Origin: Escherichia phage Bp7
DNA length: 64,000 bases
Reading direction: 5' to 3' (one strand)
Sequence record: NC_019500.1
Shown here: in pieces, positions 1 to 7,508 of the stretch
Position numbering within the stretch: the stretch's first letter is position 1
How the letters are laid out: each line of letters starts with the position of its first letter
The notes under the pieces: model-generated
The model's input: the letters and a program-made list of their open reading frames with translations, nothing else
Database searches by the model: none
Told to the model about the DNA's origin: nothing
Translations under genes and position numbers: made by a program

Positions 1-1
1 T

Positions 2-226
2 GCTGTAAAGCCGGAACCTAAGCCAGTAAAAGCTACAGCCGATTGGAAAGTGCTTATTGTTAAAAATGGTAAGATTGAAGTTCATTCTCGCCATAACACA
101 AAGGAACAAGCCGATCGTCAGGCTGAAGAGCTTTTGACTAAGTCGTTCCAACAAGTGTGTTATATTGTTAAAGGCGACATTACCCAAGCTACCACTACCA
201 AACAACTTAAGTTGGAGAGCATCTAA
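2..226 (+). CDS. 3' end of an upstream early ORF (partial, function unknown)
   Basis: Open frame entering from window edge, stop TAA at 224-226 overlapping next ATG (TAATG). Confidence 0.4.
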   Translation, partial: AVKPEPKPVKATADWKVLIVKNGKIEVHSRHNTKEQADRQAEELLTKSFQQVCYIVKGDITQATTTKQLKLESI

Positions 227-459
227 TGCTGAGCGAACAACCTATTACTGTAGAGCAGTTCCAAGTTAAAGTTAAAGAATTTGCTCAGGCCCTGATTAAT
301 AAGGTTTCTGTACGTTTTCCTGACGCAACTCTGCGAGTAATTCAGGAATCACCACGTGCGGTATTGGTTATCGTTAATCCTAAAAATGGCGGCCAGATTA
401 CCCAGTTGAAACTTGGTTCTGATGGTCTGGTCGAAGCGCAGCGAGTGTTCATAGAATGA
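226..459 (+). CDS. hypothetical early protein upstream of cd
   Basis: 77-aa ORF, stop overlaps cd start; position matches T4 cd-adjacent small genes. Confidence 0.5.
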   Translation: MLSEQPITVEQFQVKVKEFAQALINKVSVRFPDATLRVIQESPRAVLVIVNPKNGGQITQLKLGSDGLVEAQRVFIE

Positions 460-1001
460 AAGCAAGCACATACCTTCAGATTGCATATCTGATTTCTCAG
501 GAATCAAAATGTTGTTCATGGAAAGTGGGCGCGGTTATTGAAAAGAATGGCCGCATTATTTCTACAGGGTATAACGGTTCACCATCCGGTGGTGTTAACT
601 GTTGTGACCACGCTGTGGAACAAGACTGGACCCGTGTTGTGTATGACCCAGCGCGGATGTCGCACAAATCCGTTCTTCTTAAAGAACACCGTATGGCTCA
701 TGCAGCATGGTCATCCAAAAATGAAATCCATGCTGAACTGAATGCCATTTTGTTTGCAGCTCGTACCGGAAGTTCTATTGACGGCGCTACGATGTACGTG
801 ACGTTATCTCCATGTGCAGATTGTGCTAAGTCTATTGCGCAGTCTGGAATTAAAACATTGGTTTATGCTGAGCTATATGACCGAAATCCTGAAGGATGGG
901 ACGATATCCTCCGTGAATCAGGCATAGAAGTTATCCAGTATAATCGTACAGGTCTCCGTTCTCTGAACTGGGAATCAATTCAAAACTATTGTGGTGAATA
1001 A
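456..1001 (+). CDS. cd: dCMP deaminase
   Basis: 181 aa; cytidine/deoxycytidylate deaminase zinc motifs (HAE ... PCxxC: HAELNAILFA, SPCADCAK); close to remembered T4 Cd N-terminus. Confidence 0.93.
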   Translation: MKASTYLQIAYLISQESKCCSWKVGAVIEKNGRIISTGYNGSPSGGVNCCDHAVEQDWTRVVYDPARMSHKSVLLKEHRMAHAAWSSKNEIHAELNAILFAARTGSSIDGATMYVTLSPCADCAKSIAQSGIKTLVYAELYDRNPEGWDDILRESGIEVIQYNRTGLRSLNWESIQNYCGE

Positions 1002-1273
1002 TGAAATTTCGTCTAGTTAAATTTTCAGGTCTGAACTCAAAAGGTGAAAGCTTAGTAGCCTATTCAGTAGAATATAAAAAGTACTTTTTCTCTCGATGGA
1101 AATCGTACTATAAATCTGATTGGGTTTATGCCAACATGAATTACAAAACAGTACCTATTCTTGATAATTGCCATAGCCTATTAAGAGCTCTAAAAGAGCG
1201 TAACGCAACCACTATCAAAACTATCTGGAATAATTATGATTTTAACCGAACAAGAAACAATTCGTCTCCGTGA
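1001..1273 (+). CDS. hypothetical protein
   Basis: 90-aa ORF start-coupled to cd stop; no recognisable domain. Confidence 0.4.
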   Translation: MKFRLVKFSGLNSKGESLVAYSVEYKKYFFSRWKSYYKSDWVYANMNYKTVPILDNCHSLLRALKERNATTIKTIWNNYDFNRTRNNSSP

Positions 1274-1535
1274 AAAAGTCAAGACTATTTTGTCTGTGGG
1301 TACTCACGAAGTCCTGTTTGAAAAGGCCGACGGTAGTGCACGTCGTATGACTTGTACACGTGACTTAGACCTGCTTCCATATAAAGAAGTCCAGGCCCCT
1401 GGGCCTGAAGCCAATAAAGAACCTGTTAATTATATCAGAGTATTTGATACCAAGGTTAATGAATGGCGTTCATTCCGTTTCGATAAGCTGATTTCCGTTA
1501 ATGGGCTTCAGACTGAAACTCTGCTTGTCATGTAA
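1236..1535 (+). CDS. hypothetical protein
   Basis: 99-aa ORF between cd and gene 31. Confidence 0.45.
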   Translation: MILTEQETIRLREKVKTILSVGTHEVLFEKADGSARRMTCTRDLDLLPYKEVQAPGPEANKEPVNYIRVFDTKVNEWRSFRFDKLISVNGLQTETLLVM

Positions 1536-1562
1536 TATGCTTTAAGAATAGCGTGTTATTAT
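1535..1562 (+). promoter_or_regulatory. candidate T4 middle promoter (MotA box TGCTTTA, 12-nt gap, -10 TATTAT) upstream of gene 31
   Basis: atatGCTTTAagaatagcgtgtTATTAT read directly. Confidence 0.45.
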
Positions 1563-1593
1563 TAATCTATCAACAAAACAATATGGATTAAAT

Positions 1594-1917
1594 ATGGAAC
1601 TTCCTATTAAAGCGGTCGGAGAATATGTTATTCTCGTTTCCGAACCAAAACAAGCTGGTGATGAAGAAACTACTGCATCTGGTATCGTTATTGGCAAACT
1701 TCATCAAGGTGAAATCCCTGAACTTTGTGAAATTTATTCTGTAGGACCTGATGTCCCTGAAGATTTTTGTGAAGTAGGCGATTTGACTCCACTTCCTGTT
1801 GGTAAGATTGCTAACGTGCCTCATCCTTTGGTTGCATTGGGTATTAAACAACCTAAAGAAATTAAACAAAAATTCGTTACCTGTCACTATAAAGCTATTC
1901 CTTGTCTTTATAAGTGA
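1594..1917 (+). CDS. 31: co-chaperonin for GroEL (GroES-like, capsid folding)
   Basis: 107 aa; near-identical in stretches to remembered T4 gp31 ([12 protein letters not shown]...[17 protein letters not shown]). Confidence 0.92.
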   Translation: MELPIKAVGEYVILVSEPKQAGDEETTASGIVIGKLHQGEIPELCEIYSVGPDVPEDFCEVGDLTPLPVGKIANVPHPLVALGIKQPKEIKQKFVTCHYKAIPCLYK

Positions 1918-2063
1918 TATAAATAATAATATGGATTGGCTGCCGGACTAGTTAGTTAACCGGAGAATCCTAAGCGGTGGACTACAACTGAGAGACTTGC
2001 CGAAAGGAAGTGAAATTCAGAAGAACGTGTCCACCAATCTTTATCTCGAATTGAGAAACTAAA

Positions 2064-2312
2064 ATGAACAAACAATTGAATCACGCTCTTGAACTGCAAC
2101 GCAACGCTTGGAACAACGGTCACGAAAACTACGGCGCATCTATTGATGTTGAAGCCGAAGCACTGGAAATCCTGCGTTATTTCAAACATCTGAATCCTGC
2201 TCAGGCTACTCTGGCTGCTGAACTGGAAGCTAAAGATGAACTGAAATTTGCTAAGCCTTTGGCTTCAGCAGCTCGTAAAGCAGTACGTCATTTTATTATT
2301 ACCCTGAAGTAA
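2064..2312 (+). CDS. rIII: probable rIII lysis-inhibition accessory protein
   Basis: 82 aa ORF in the T4 rIII position between gene 31 and the gene 30 region; size matches. Confidence 0.5.
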   Translation: MNKQLNHALELQRNAWNNGHENYGASIDVEAEALEILRYFKHLNPAQATLAAELEAKDELKFAKPLASAARKAVRHFIITLK

Positions 2313-2575
2313 ATTAAATCGAGGAGCCGTCGAACTGTTTGATTAATGATTTGCGAATCATTATAGTTTTAAGACCCCAACAGTTTTACGGTGTACCTCT
2401 TGAATGTATTTTGTACTATCACGCGTCAGAAAAAGGTTATCTGTCTAAGCCGTGGTCGGTATGATGACGAGGTTTATGGTTATCCTGTCGTTAAATATCC
2501 GAAACCTATGTTCCCCTTGAGGGCTTGCGCAGGCAACGCCAATAAGTCCTGCATCCTAATTTAAGAGATTTAAAA

Positions 2576-2737
2576 ATGGCTAAGAAAGAAGTTAAAGTAG
2601 TTGACGGTACCTCTAAACGCGCTGGTTACAAGCGTGCGTCCAACAAGCGTATCAATCAGGTAGTTGATAAGCTTCAAGCTCGTGCTCGTGCAGTATTGCG
2701 TGCAGATGCTGCTTGCTTTGGTAAGCCTCAGGCATAA
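2576..2737 (+). CDS. small basic hypothetical protein (53 aa)
   Basis: Own reading: ATG 2576, TAA 2735-2737; followed immediately by a strong intrinsic terminator. Confidence 0.35.
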   Translation: MAKKEVKVVDGTSKRAGYKRASNKRINQVVDKLQARARAVLRADAACFGKPQA

Positions 2738-2740
2738 GTT

Positions 2741-2772
2741 ATGGGACTCTTCGGAGTCCCATTTTTGTTTCT
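2741..2772 (+). terminator. intrinsic terminator hairpin GGGACTC-TTCG-GAGTCCC plus T-run
   Basis: Perfect 7-bp stem, tetraloop, TTTTTGTTT tail. Confidence 0.65.
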
Positions 2773-2788
2773 AAATCTTTAAAAAAGG

Positions 2789-2858
2789 GTGTACATCTCC
2801 GGTAGGCATGATACTATAGACATGTACCAAATAATACGAAAACAAACTGGAGAATAAA
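2789..2858 (+). promoter_or_regulatory. early promoter and conserved leader/RBS cassette (copy A)
   Basis: TGTACA-N17-TACTAT then tagacatgtaccaaataatacgaaaacaaactggagaataaaATG, shared with copy B. Confidence 0.5.
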
Positions 2859-3191
2859 ATGAAAACTGTAAATCTGAATGCATCTGTTAAAGCTAAATGT
2901 TTCAACGGTGAATATCAAGAAACCATGTGGGTCCTGACTGCAGTTGAAGGTGATATCATCGAAGTTGAAACAACTGAAGGTATGGGTACTGATTTTACAT
3001 TCACCATCGAGCTTCACAACTTCTTTACAGGTTGGATTTATGAACTGAAAACTGTAATTACTGGTCGTATTGAAGAAAACAAAAATGGTGAATTCTATTA
3101 TGTTAATGCCCGTACACGTGCTGAACGTCTGATTGCTCAGATGAAAAAAGTTGGTAAACTTGATATGAAAAATTGGAATGTTGTGAAATAA
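2859..3191 (+). CDS. hypothetical early protein
   Basis: 110-aa ORF directly behind repeated leader. Confidence 0.6.
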   Translation: MKTVNLNASVKAKCFNGEYQETMWVLTAVEGDIIEVETTEGMGTDFTFTIELHNFFTGWIYELKTVITGRIEENKNGEFYYVNARTRAERLIAQMKKVGKLDMKNWNVVK

Positions 3192-3194
3192 ATG

Positions 3195-3264
3195 TTTTAC
3201 TTTGGTACAGGTTGTGTTATTATAGACCTGTACCAAATAATACGAAAACAAACTGGAGAATAAA
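3195..3264 (+). promoter_or_regulatory. early promoter and conserved leader/RBS cassette (copy B)
   Basis: About 44 nt identical to copy A except one base, ending in GGAGAATAAAATG. Confidence 0.5.
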
Positions 3265-3630
3265 ATGAACTACATCAACTTCGAACGTAAATATGTTTCT
3301 AACGGTATCGCTGGTTCTTCTGAAGTTATTTGCCTGTGGAAACACAACAACGGCGCGGTGTGCGAAATCGAACAGTGCATGACTCCTAACTACGTTTATA
3401 TGCGCTTTGAAAATGGTATTACGGTTTCAATCACAATGGAAGGTTCTACTTTTAAAATCGCTTTAGATGATGATTTCCGTCAACGTGATTTAGGTACCCA
3501 TCCTTGCTGGAACGGTTCTAATCGTAAGCTTCTGGTTAAAACCTGGATTCGTCACATCCTGAGCAACCGAGCTAAACCTGAACACCTGGAAGCAATCTTT
3601 GATGTAGTTCTGAATGAATTCGATATCTAA
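3265..3630 (+). CDS. hypothetical early protein
   Basis: 121-aa ORF behind leader copy B; not a paralog of the 2859 ORF. Confidence 0.6.
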   Translation: MNYINFERKYVSNGIAGSSEVICLWKHNNGAVCEIEQCMTPNYVYMRFENGITVSITMEGSTFKIALDDDFRQRDLGTHPCWNGSNRKLLVKTWIRHILSNRAKPEHLEAIFDVVLNEFDI

Positions 3631-3671
3631 TCTTAAAAATGGAGGCTTCGGCCTCCTTTGAGGAAAATATT

Positions 3672-3959
3672 ATGTTTATGACCACTTATTTTGATACTCG
3701 TAAAAATTTCTGTGAAGTTGTTTTCTCTAAAGCAGGTAAAGATGTTCCTGCCGACAAACAACCTACTCGTGAATCTATTAAGGCTTATGCCGATGTTGTA
3801 TGCCCGGTAGAATTCCGTACTGTTAATGGTCGTGATACCCTAGCAATCACTAAGCTAAACCATGATATCAATATCGACCCAAGTGTCGCCCGTGAAGTCA
3901 ATACCTCTGACATCTATGGTGGTAATGTTAAATCACATGGCTTTCAGATGAGGTTCTAA
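3672..3959 (+). CDS. hypothetical protein
   Basis: Start moved to ATG 3672 (GAGGAAAA RBS); the upstream ATG at 3639 lies inside hairpin GGAGGCTTCGGCCTCC. Confidence 0.45.
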   Translation: MFMTTYFDTRKNFCEVVFSKAGKDVPADKQPTRESIKAYADVVCPVEFRTVNGRDTLAITKLNHDINIDPSVAREVNTSDIYGGNVKSHGFQMRF

Positions 3960-4153
3960 TGCAACTATTCTTATCACAAACTGTTCAGCTAAAAGGTGTA
4001 GGTATTCCTGGAATGATTTCAAAGGTTCTACCTGCTTTTAAATTAGGTAATGTTACTATTAAAGAAGCCTACACCGTCCTATGGGTCGATGGAACTGAAG
4101 ATGTTCGCATGGGTGGTGAACTGTCTGTAATCAAATGTTTAAAGCGAGGATAA
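3959..4153 (+). CDS. hypothetical protein
   Basis: 64-aa ORF, overlapping stop/start with neighbours. Confidence 0.4.
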   Translation: MQLFLSQTVQLKGVGIPGMISKVLPAFKLGNVTIKEAYTVLWVDGTEDVRMGGELSVIKCLKRG

Positions 4154-4154
4154 T

Positions 4155-4370
4155 ATGGTTAAGAAATTGATTCAGAAATTATTAGGTACGGAAATGGTCG
4201 AAGTGACTTATCGTGTGACTGATGTTTCTCCTCATACGGCAGACCATTTAGAACCTTATATCATGACAATTAAAATGGCCAAATATGACGGTGGTTTATC
4301 CATTGAAGACCGTCTGCCAGGTTACGGGCATTGGGCTGATGTCGAAATTATAAGTGTCAAAGATGTCTGA
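4155..4370 (+). CDS. hypothetical protein
   Basis: 71-aa ORF. Confidence 0.4.
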   Translation: MVKKLIQKLLGTEMVEVTYRVTDVSPHTADHLEPYIMTIKMAKYDGGLSIEDRLPGYGHWADVEIISVKDV

Positions 4371-4821
4371 GTTAGAAATCAGAAGTAATTTTCCGTGGCC
4401 ATCGTGTGCATTAAGTAACTTTGCTAAATGGCCTTTCGTTATGGATGGTATCCAATTTGGAGGGCTCGAAGGATTCCTCCAAGGGTGTAAGGTGAGAAAT
4501 CATGAACAACAAAAACGTATATTTGGGATGTCCGGTCTGGCCGCACAACAAACTGGAAGAGCTTATGCAAGAGCTGCGGACCGTGGGACGCTTTTCTGGC
4601 TTGGAATTCCCTTTTCAAGATACTCTACATCATGGAAAGAGTTGTATACAAATGCATATTTTGAAGCAGCGCTCCAAAACAAAGGATTCCGCGACGCATT
4701 ACAAGCTACAAAGGGCAAAGTTTTAAAGCATTCGATGGCGAGCCACCTTACAGAATGTGATACAATACTAACTGAAAAAGAGTTTATCGACATCCTAAAC
4801 AAATTGAGAGATTTATTATGA
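4354..4821 (+). CDS. NADAR / YbiA-like (DUF1768) domain protein, putative ADP-ribose-processing N-glycosidase/hydrolase
   Basis: LSNFAKWPFVMDG...EGFLQGCK matches the YbiA-family signature (FSNFAAWP..DG...EHYFQA.K); alternative start ATG 4363. Confidence 0.6.
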   Translation: MSKMSELEIRSNFPWPSCALSNFAKWPFVMDGIQFGGLEGFLQGCKVRNHEQQKRIFGMSGLAAQQTGRAYARAADRGTLFWLGIPFSRYSTSWKELYTNAYFEAALQNKGFRDALQATKGKVLKHSMASHLTECDTILTEKEFIDILNKLRDLL

Positions 4822-5456
4822 AACCAGTTATCTTAACAGATATCGATGGAGTATGTTTAAGTTGGCAGTCCGGCTTGCCTTATTTCGCACAGAAATATAA
4901 TTTGCCTTTAGAACATATTTTGAATATGATTCAGGACGAACGTTTCTTATCTCCTGGTGAGCTGTTTAATTGTGATAATGAATTAGGCGCTCGTTTAATC
5001 GAGAAGTACAATCAGTCAGATTTTATTCGTTATCTGTCTCCTTACATGGACGCATTAAAACATATCAACAAGCTCAAAAAAGACTTCGATTTTGTAGCCG
5101 TGACTGCGCTAGGCGACTCAATTGATGCACTGCTGAATAGACAATTCAATTTGAATGCTTTGTTCCCTGGCGCATTCAAGGAGATTCTGATGTGTGGTCA
5201 TTCAGAATCAAAAGAAGACCTCTTCATAAGAGCTAAAAATACGTACGGTAAACGTATTAAGTTTTATGTTGATGATTTGGCTCACCACTGTGATGCTGCA
5301 TCTAATGTTCTCATGGATATCCAAGTTTATTGGTTAGCTCGTGGTGAACGTGACTTTAAACCTAATTTAGCCGTAAAGGTTAATTCATGGGACGATATCG
5401 CAGCAATCGAATCCCTTCGTAATAATGCCGCAGTTGAATGGATTGCTCGAGGTTAA
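4818..5456 (+). CDS. HAD-superfamily hydrolase-like protein (phosphatase/nucleotidase-like)
   Basis: N-terminal VILTDIDGV resembles HAD motif I (DxDGT/V); ATGA coupling to upstream gene. Confidence 0.5.
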   Translation: MKPVILTDIDGVCLSWQSGLPYFAQKYNLPLEHILNMIQDERFLSPGELFNCDNELGARLIEKYNQSDFIRYLSPYMDALKHINKLKKDFDFVAVTALGDSIDALLNRQFNLNALFPGAFKEILMCGHSESKEDLFIRAKNTYGKRIKFYVDDLAHHCDAASNVLMDIQVYWLARGERDFKPNLAVKVNSWDDIAAIESLRNNAAVEWIARG

Positions 5457-5457
5457 T

Positions 5458-5736
5458 ATGTTTGTAGTTCATACAATTTCAGACTATGGTCCTACCACTA
5501 CAATGGATTATGGTCATGTAAACCAGTTTATTCGTCATGTGAATCATGATTACTCATTTGATGTAAATCCGGCTAAAGACCATCCTGTTTGGCGCGAATG
5601 CGTCGAACAGGGATTCATTTATGTCCACTTTATGTCCAAGTTCAAATCTGATGGGCGAATGAGATTTGTGTTCTCTTATCATAAGCGATTAGACTTGCTT
5701 TTGGCTGATGTGGCTTATAATAGAATCCATGACTAA
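5458..5736 (+). CDS. hypothetical protein
   Basis: 92-aa ORF starting just after previous stop. Confidence 0.4.
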   Translation: MFVVHTISDYGPTTTMDYGHVNQFIRHVNHDYSFDVNPAKDHPVWRECVEQGFIYVHFMSKFKSDGRMRFVFSYHKRLDLLLADVAYNRIHD

Positions 5737-5746
5737 TGAGGTGATT

Positions 5747-7270
5747 ATGATTTTAGATATTTTAAACGAAATTGCTGCTATTGATTCTACTAAAGCTAAA
5801 GAAGCCATTATTGCTCGTGAAAAGGACAATGAGCTTCTGAAACGTGTTTATCGTATGGCTTATACCCGTCGTCTGAACTACGGTATTAAAAAGTGGCCAG
5901 AACCTGGATTTACATCTCAATCCTTTGGTATGATTACTCTTGAAGACCTTCTTGATTTCGCTGAATTCACATTAGCCACACGTAAGATTACGGGTAATGC
6001 GGCTATTGAAGAACTGGCTCAAATCATTGCTGATGCTAAGGCCCCGGATGCCGAGGTATTACGTCGTGTAATGATGCGCGACCTTGAATGTGGTGCATCG
6101 ATTTCTATTGCTAACAAGGTTTGGAAAGGTTTAATCCCTGAACAACCGCAGATGTTGGCGAGTTCTTATGATGAAGCTTTGATTAAGAAAAATATTAAAT
6201 GGCCAGCGTTTGCTCAATTAAAAGCTGATGGCGCTCGTTGTTTTGCTGAAGTTCGTAACGATGGTGTGACATTCCTTACTCGTGGTGGTAATGAATATCA
6301 AGGGCTTAATCTTTTGGCGGCTGAATTAATGGCCATGACCGAAGAAGCTCGCCAGCGCCATCCTAATGGTGTTATGATTGACGGTGAATTAGTTTACCAT
6401 ACTCCTAAGGTAGAACCTAAAGCATCTAATGATTTGTTTAGTATGTTTGATGAGGAACTTCCTGAATTAAGTAAGGCTAAGGAATTCCAAACTGTCGCCG
6501 ATCGTTCTACGTCAAATGGATTGGCTAATAAGGCTCTTCAAGGAACTATTACTCCAGCCGAAGCAGCCGGTATGGTATTACAGGCGTGGGATTATGTCCC
6601 ATTGGATGTCGTATATTCCGAAGGTAAAATTAAAGGCGATAAGTATGATGTACGCTTTACAGCCTTAGAACTTATGGTTGCTCATAATGTCGTATTGCAT
6701 GGTGCAACGCGTGTTGAAGCTATCGAAAACCAGTGGGTTAATAATCTTGAAGAAGCTAAAGTTGTTTATAAGAAATATGTCGACCAGGGCCTGGAAGGCA
6801 TTATCCTTAAGAACATGGACTCCTACTGGGAAAACCGCCGTTCTAAGAATCTTATCAAGTTCAAAGAAGTAATCGATATTGCTTTAGAAGTGGTAGGTTA
6901 TTATGAACACTCGAAGGACCCTAACAAACTTGGTGGTGTCGAGTTGGTATCGCGTTGTCGTCGAATTACAAGTGACTGCGGTTCAGGCTTTAAAGATACC
7001 ACCCATAAGAAAGATAAATCAGGTAAAAAGGTATTAATTCCATTGGAAGACCGTCCTGATTTAGACCGTGAACTTCTTATGAAACAAGCTCGTGAAGGTA
7101 AGTTGATTGGACGTATTGCTGACTGTGAATGTAATGGTTGGGTTCATTCTAAAGGACGTACTGATACTGTAGGTATTTTCCTTCCAATCATTAAAGGTTG
7201 GCGTTTCGATAAAACAGAAGCTGATACATTTGAAGATGTATTCGGTGATTGGTCTCAAACTGGTCTATAA
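5747..7270 (+). CDS. 30: ATP-dependent DNA ligase
   Basis: MILDILNEIAA...; adenylation lysine motif AQLKADGARCF; ...NTFEDVFGDW C-terminus as in T4 gp30; start moved to ATG 5747 with GAGGTG RBS. Confidence 0.95.
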   Translation: MILDILNEIAAIDSTKAKEAIIAREKDNELLKRVYRMAYTRRLNYGIKKWPEPGFTSQSFGMITLEDLLDFAEFTLATRKITGNAAIEELAQIIADAKAPDAEVLRRVMMRDLECGASISIANKVWKGLIPEQPQMLASSYDEALIKKNIKWPAFAQLKADGARCFAEVRNDGVTFLTRGGNEYQGLNLLAAELMAMTEEARQRHPNGVMIDGELVYHTPKVEPKASNDLFSMFDEELPELSKAKEFQTVADRSTSNGLANKALQGTITPAEAAGMVLQAWDYVPLDVVYSEGKIKGDKYDVRFTALELMVAHNVVLHGATRVEAIENQWVNNLEEAKVVYKKYVDQGLEGIILKNMDSYWENRRSKNLIKFKEVIDIALEVVGYYEHSKDPNKLGGVELVSRCRRITSDCGSGFKDTTHKKDKSGKKVLIPLEDRPDLDRELLMKQAREGKLIGRIADCECNGWVHSKGRTDTVGIFLPIIKGWRFDKTEADTFEDVFGDWSQTGL

Positions 7271-7271
7271 T

Positions 7272-7454
7272 ATGAAAGCTTATTTAGAAACCGTGGTTAT
7301 TGGATATAAAGAAGGTGGGGATGTCTCCACTGCAGTGTCCCAAATTGTCCTTGAATTTGAAAATGAAATCGCGTTCGCTGATTTTAAAGATAATTTCGAC
7401 CGCTATGAAAAGGGTCCTAAATTTGAAGTGTACCGTACGCTGTTAGTACTTTAA
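7272..7454 (+). CDS. small hypothetical protein
   Basis: 60-aa ORF between ligase and alt, followed by hairpin terminator. Confidence 0.35.
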   Translation: MKAYLETVVIGYKEGGDVSTAVSQIVLEFENEIAFADFKDNFDRYEKGPKFEVYRTLLVL

Positions 7455-7456
7455 TA

Positions 7457-7476
7457 AAGGCCTTCGGGCCTTTTCT
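7457..7476 (+). terminator. hairpin AAGGCC-TTCG-GGCCTT plus T-run
   Basis: Read directly. Confidence 0.5.
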
Positions 7477-7508
7477 GGCATAAATAAGGTTATTAAAGAG
7501 GAATTATT

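Noticed and set aside
538-741. 67-aa ORF
   Set aside because: Alternative frame inside the well-supported cd gene
1921-2063. Possible tRNA or small RNA between gene 31 and rIII
   Set aside because: No cloverleaf-compatible acceptor/T-arm pattern (no GTTCnAnnC box); only weak inverted repeats
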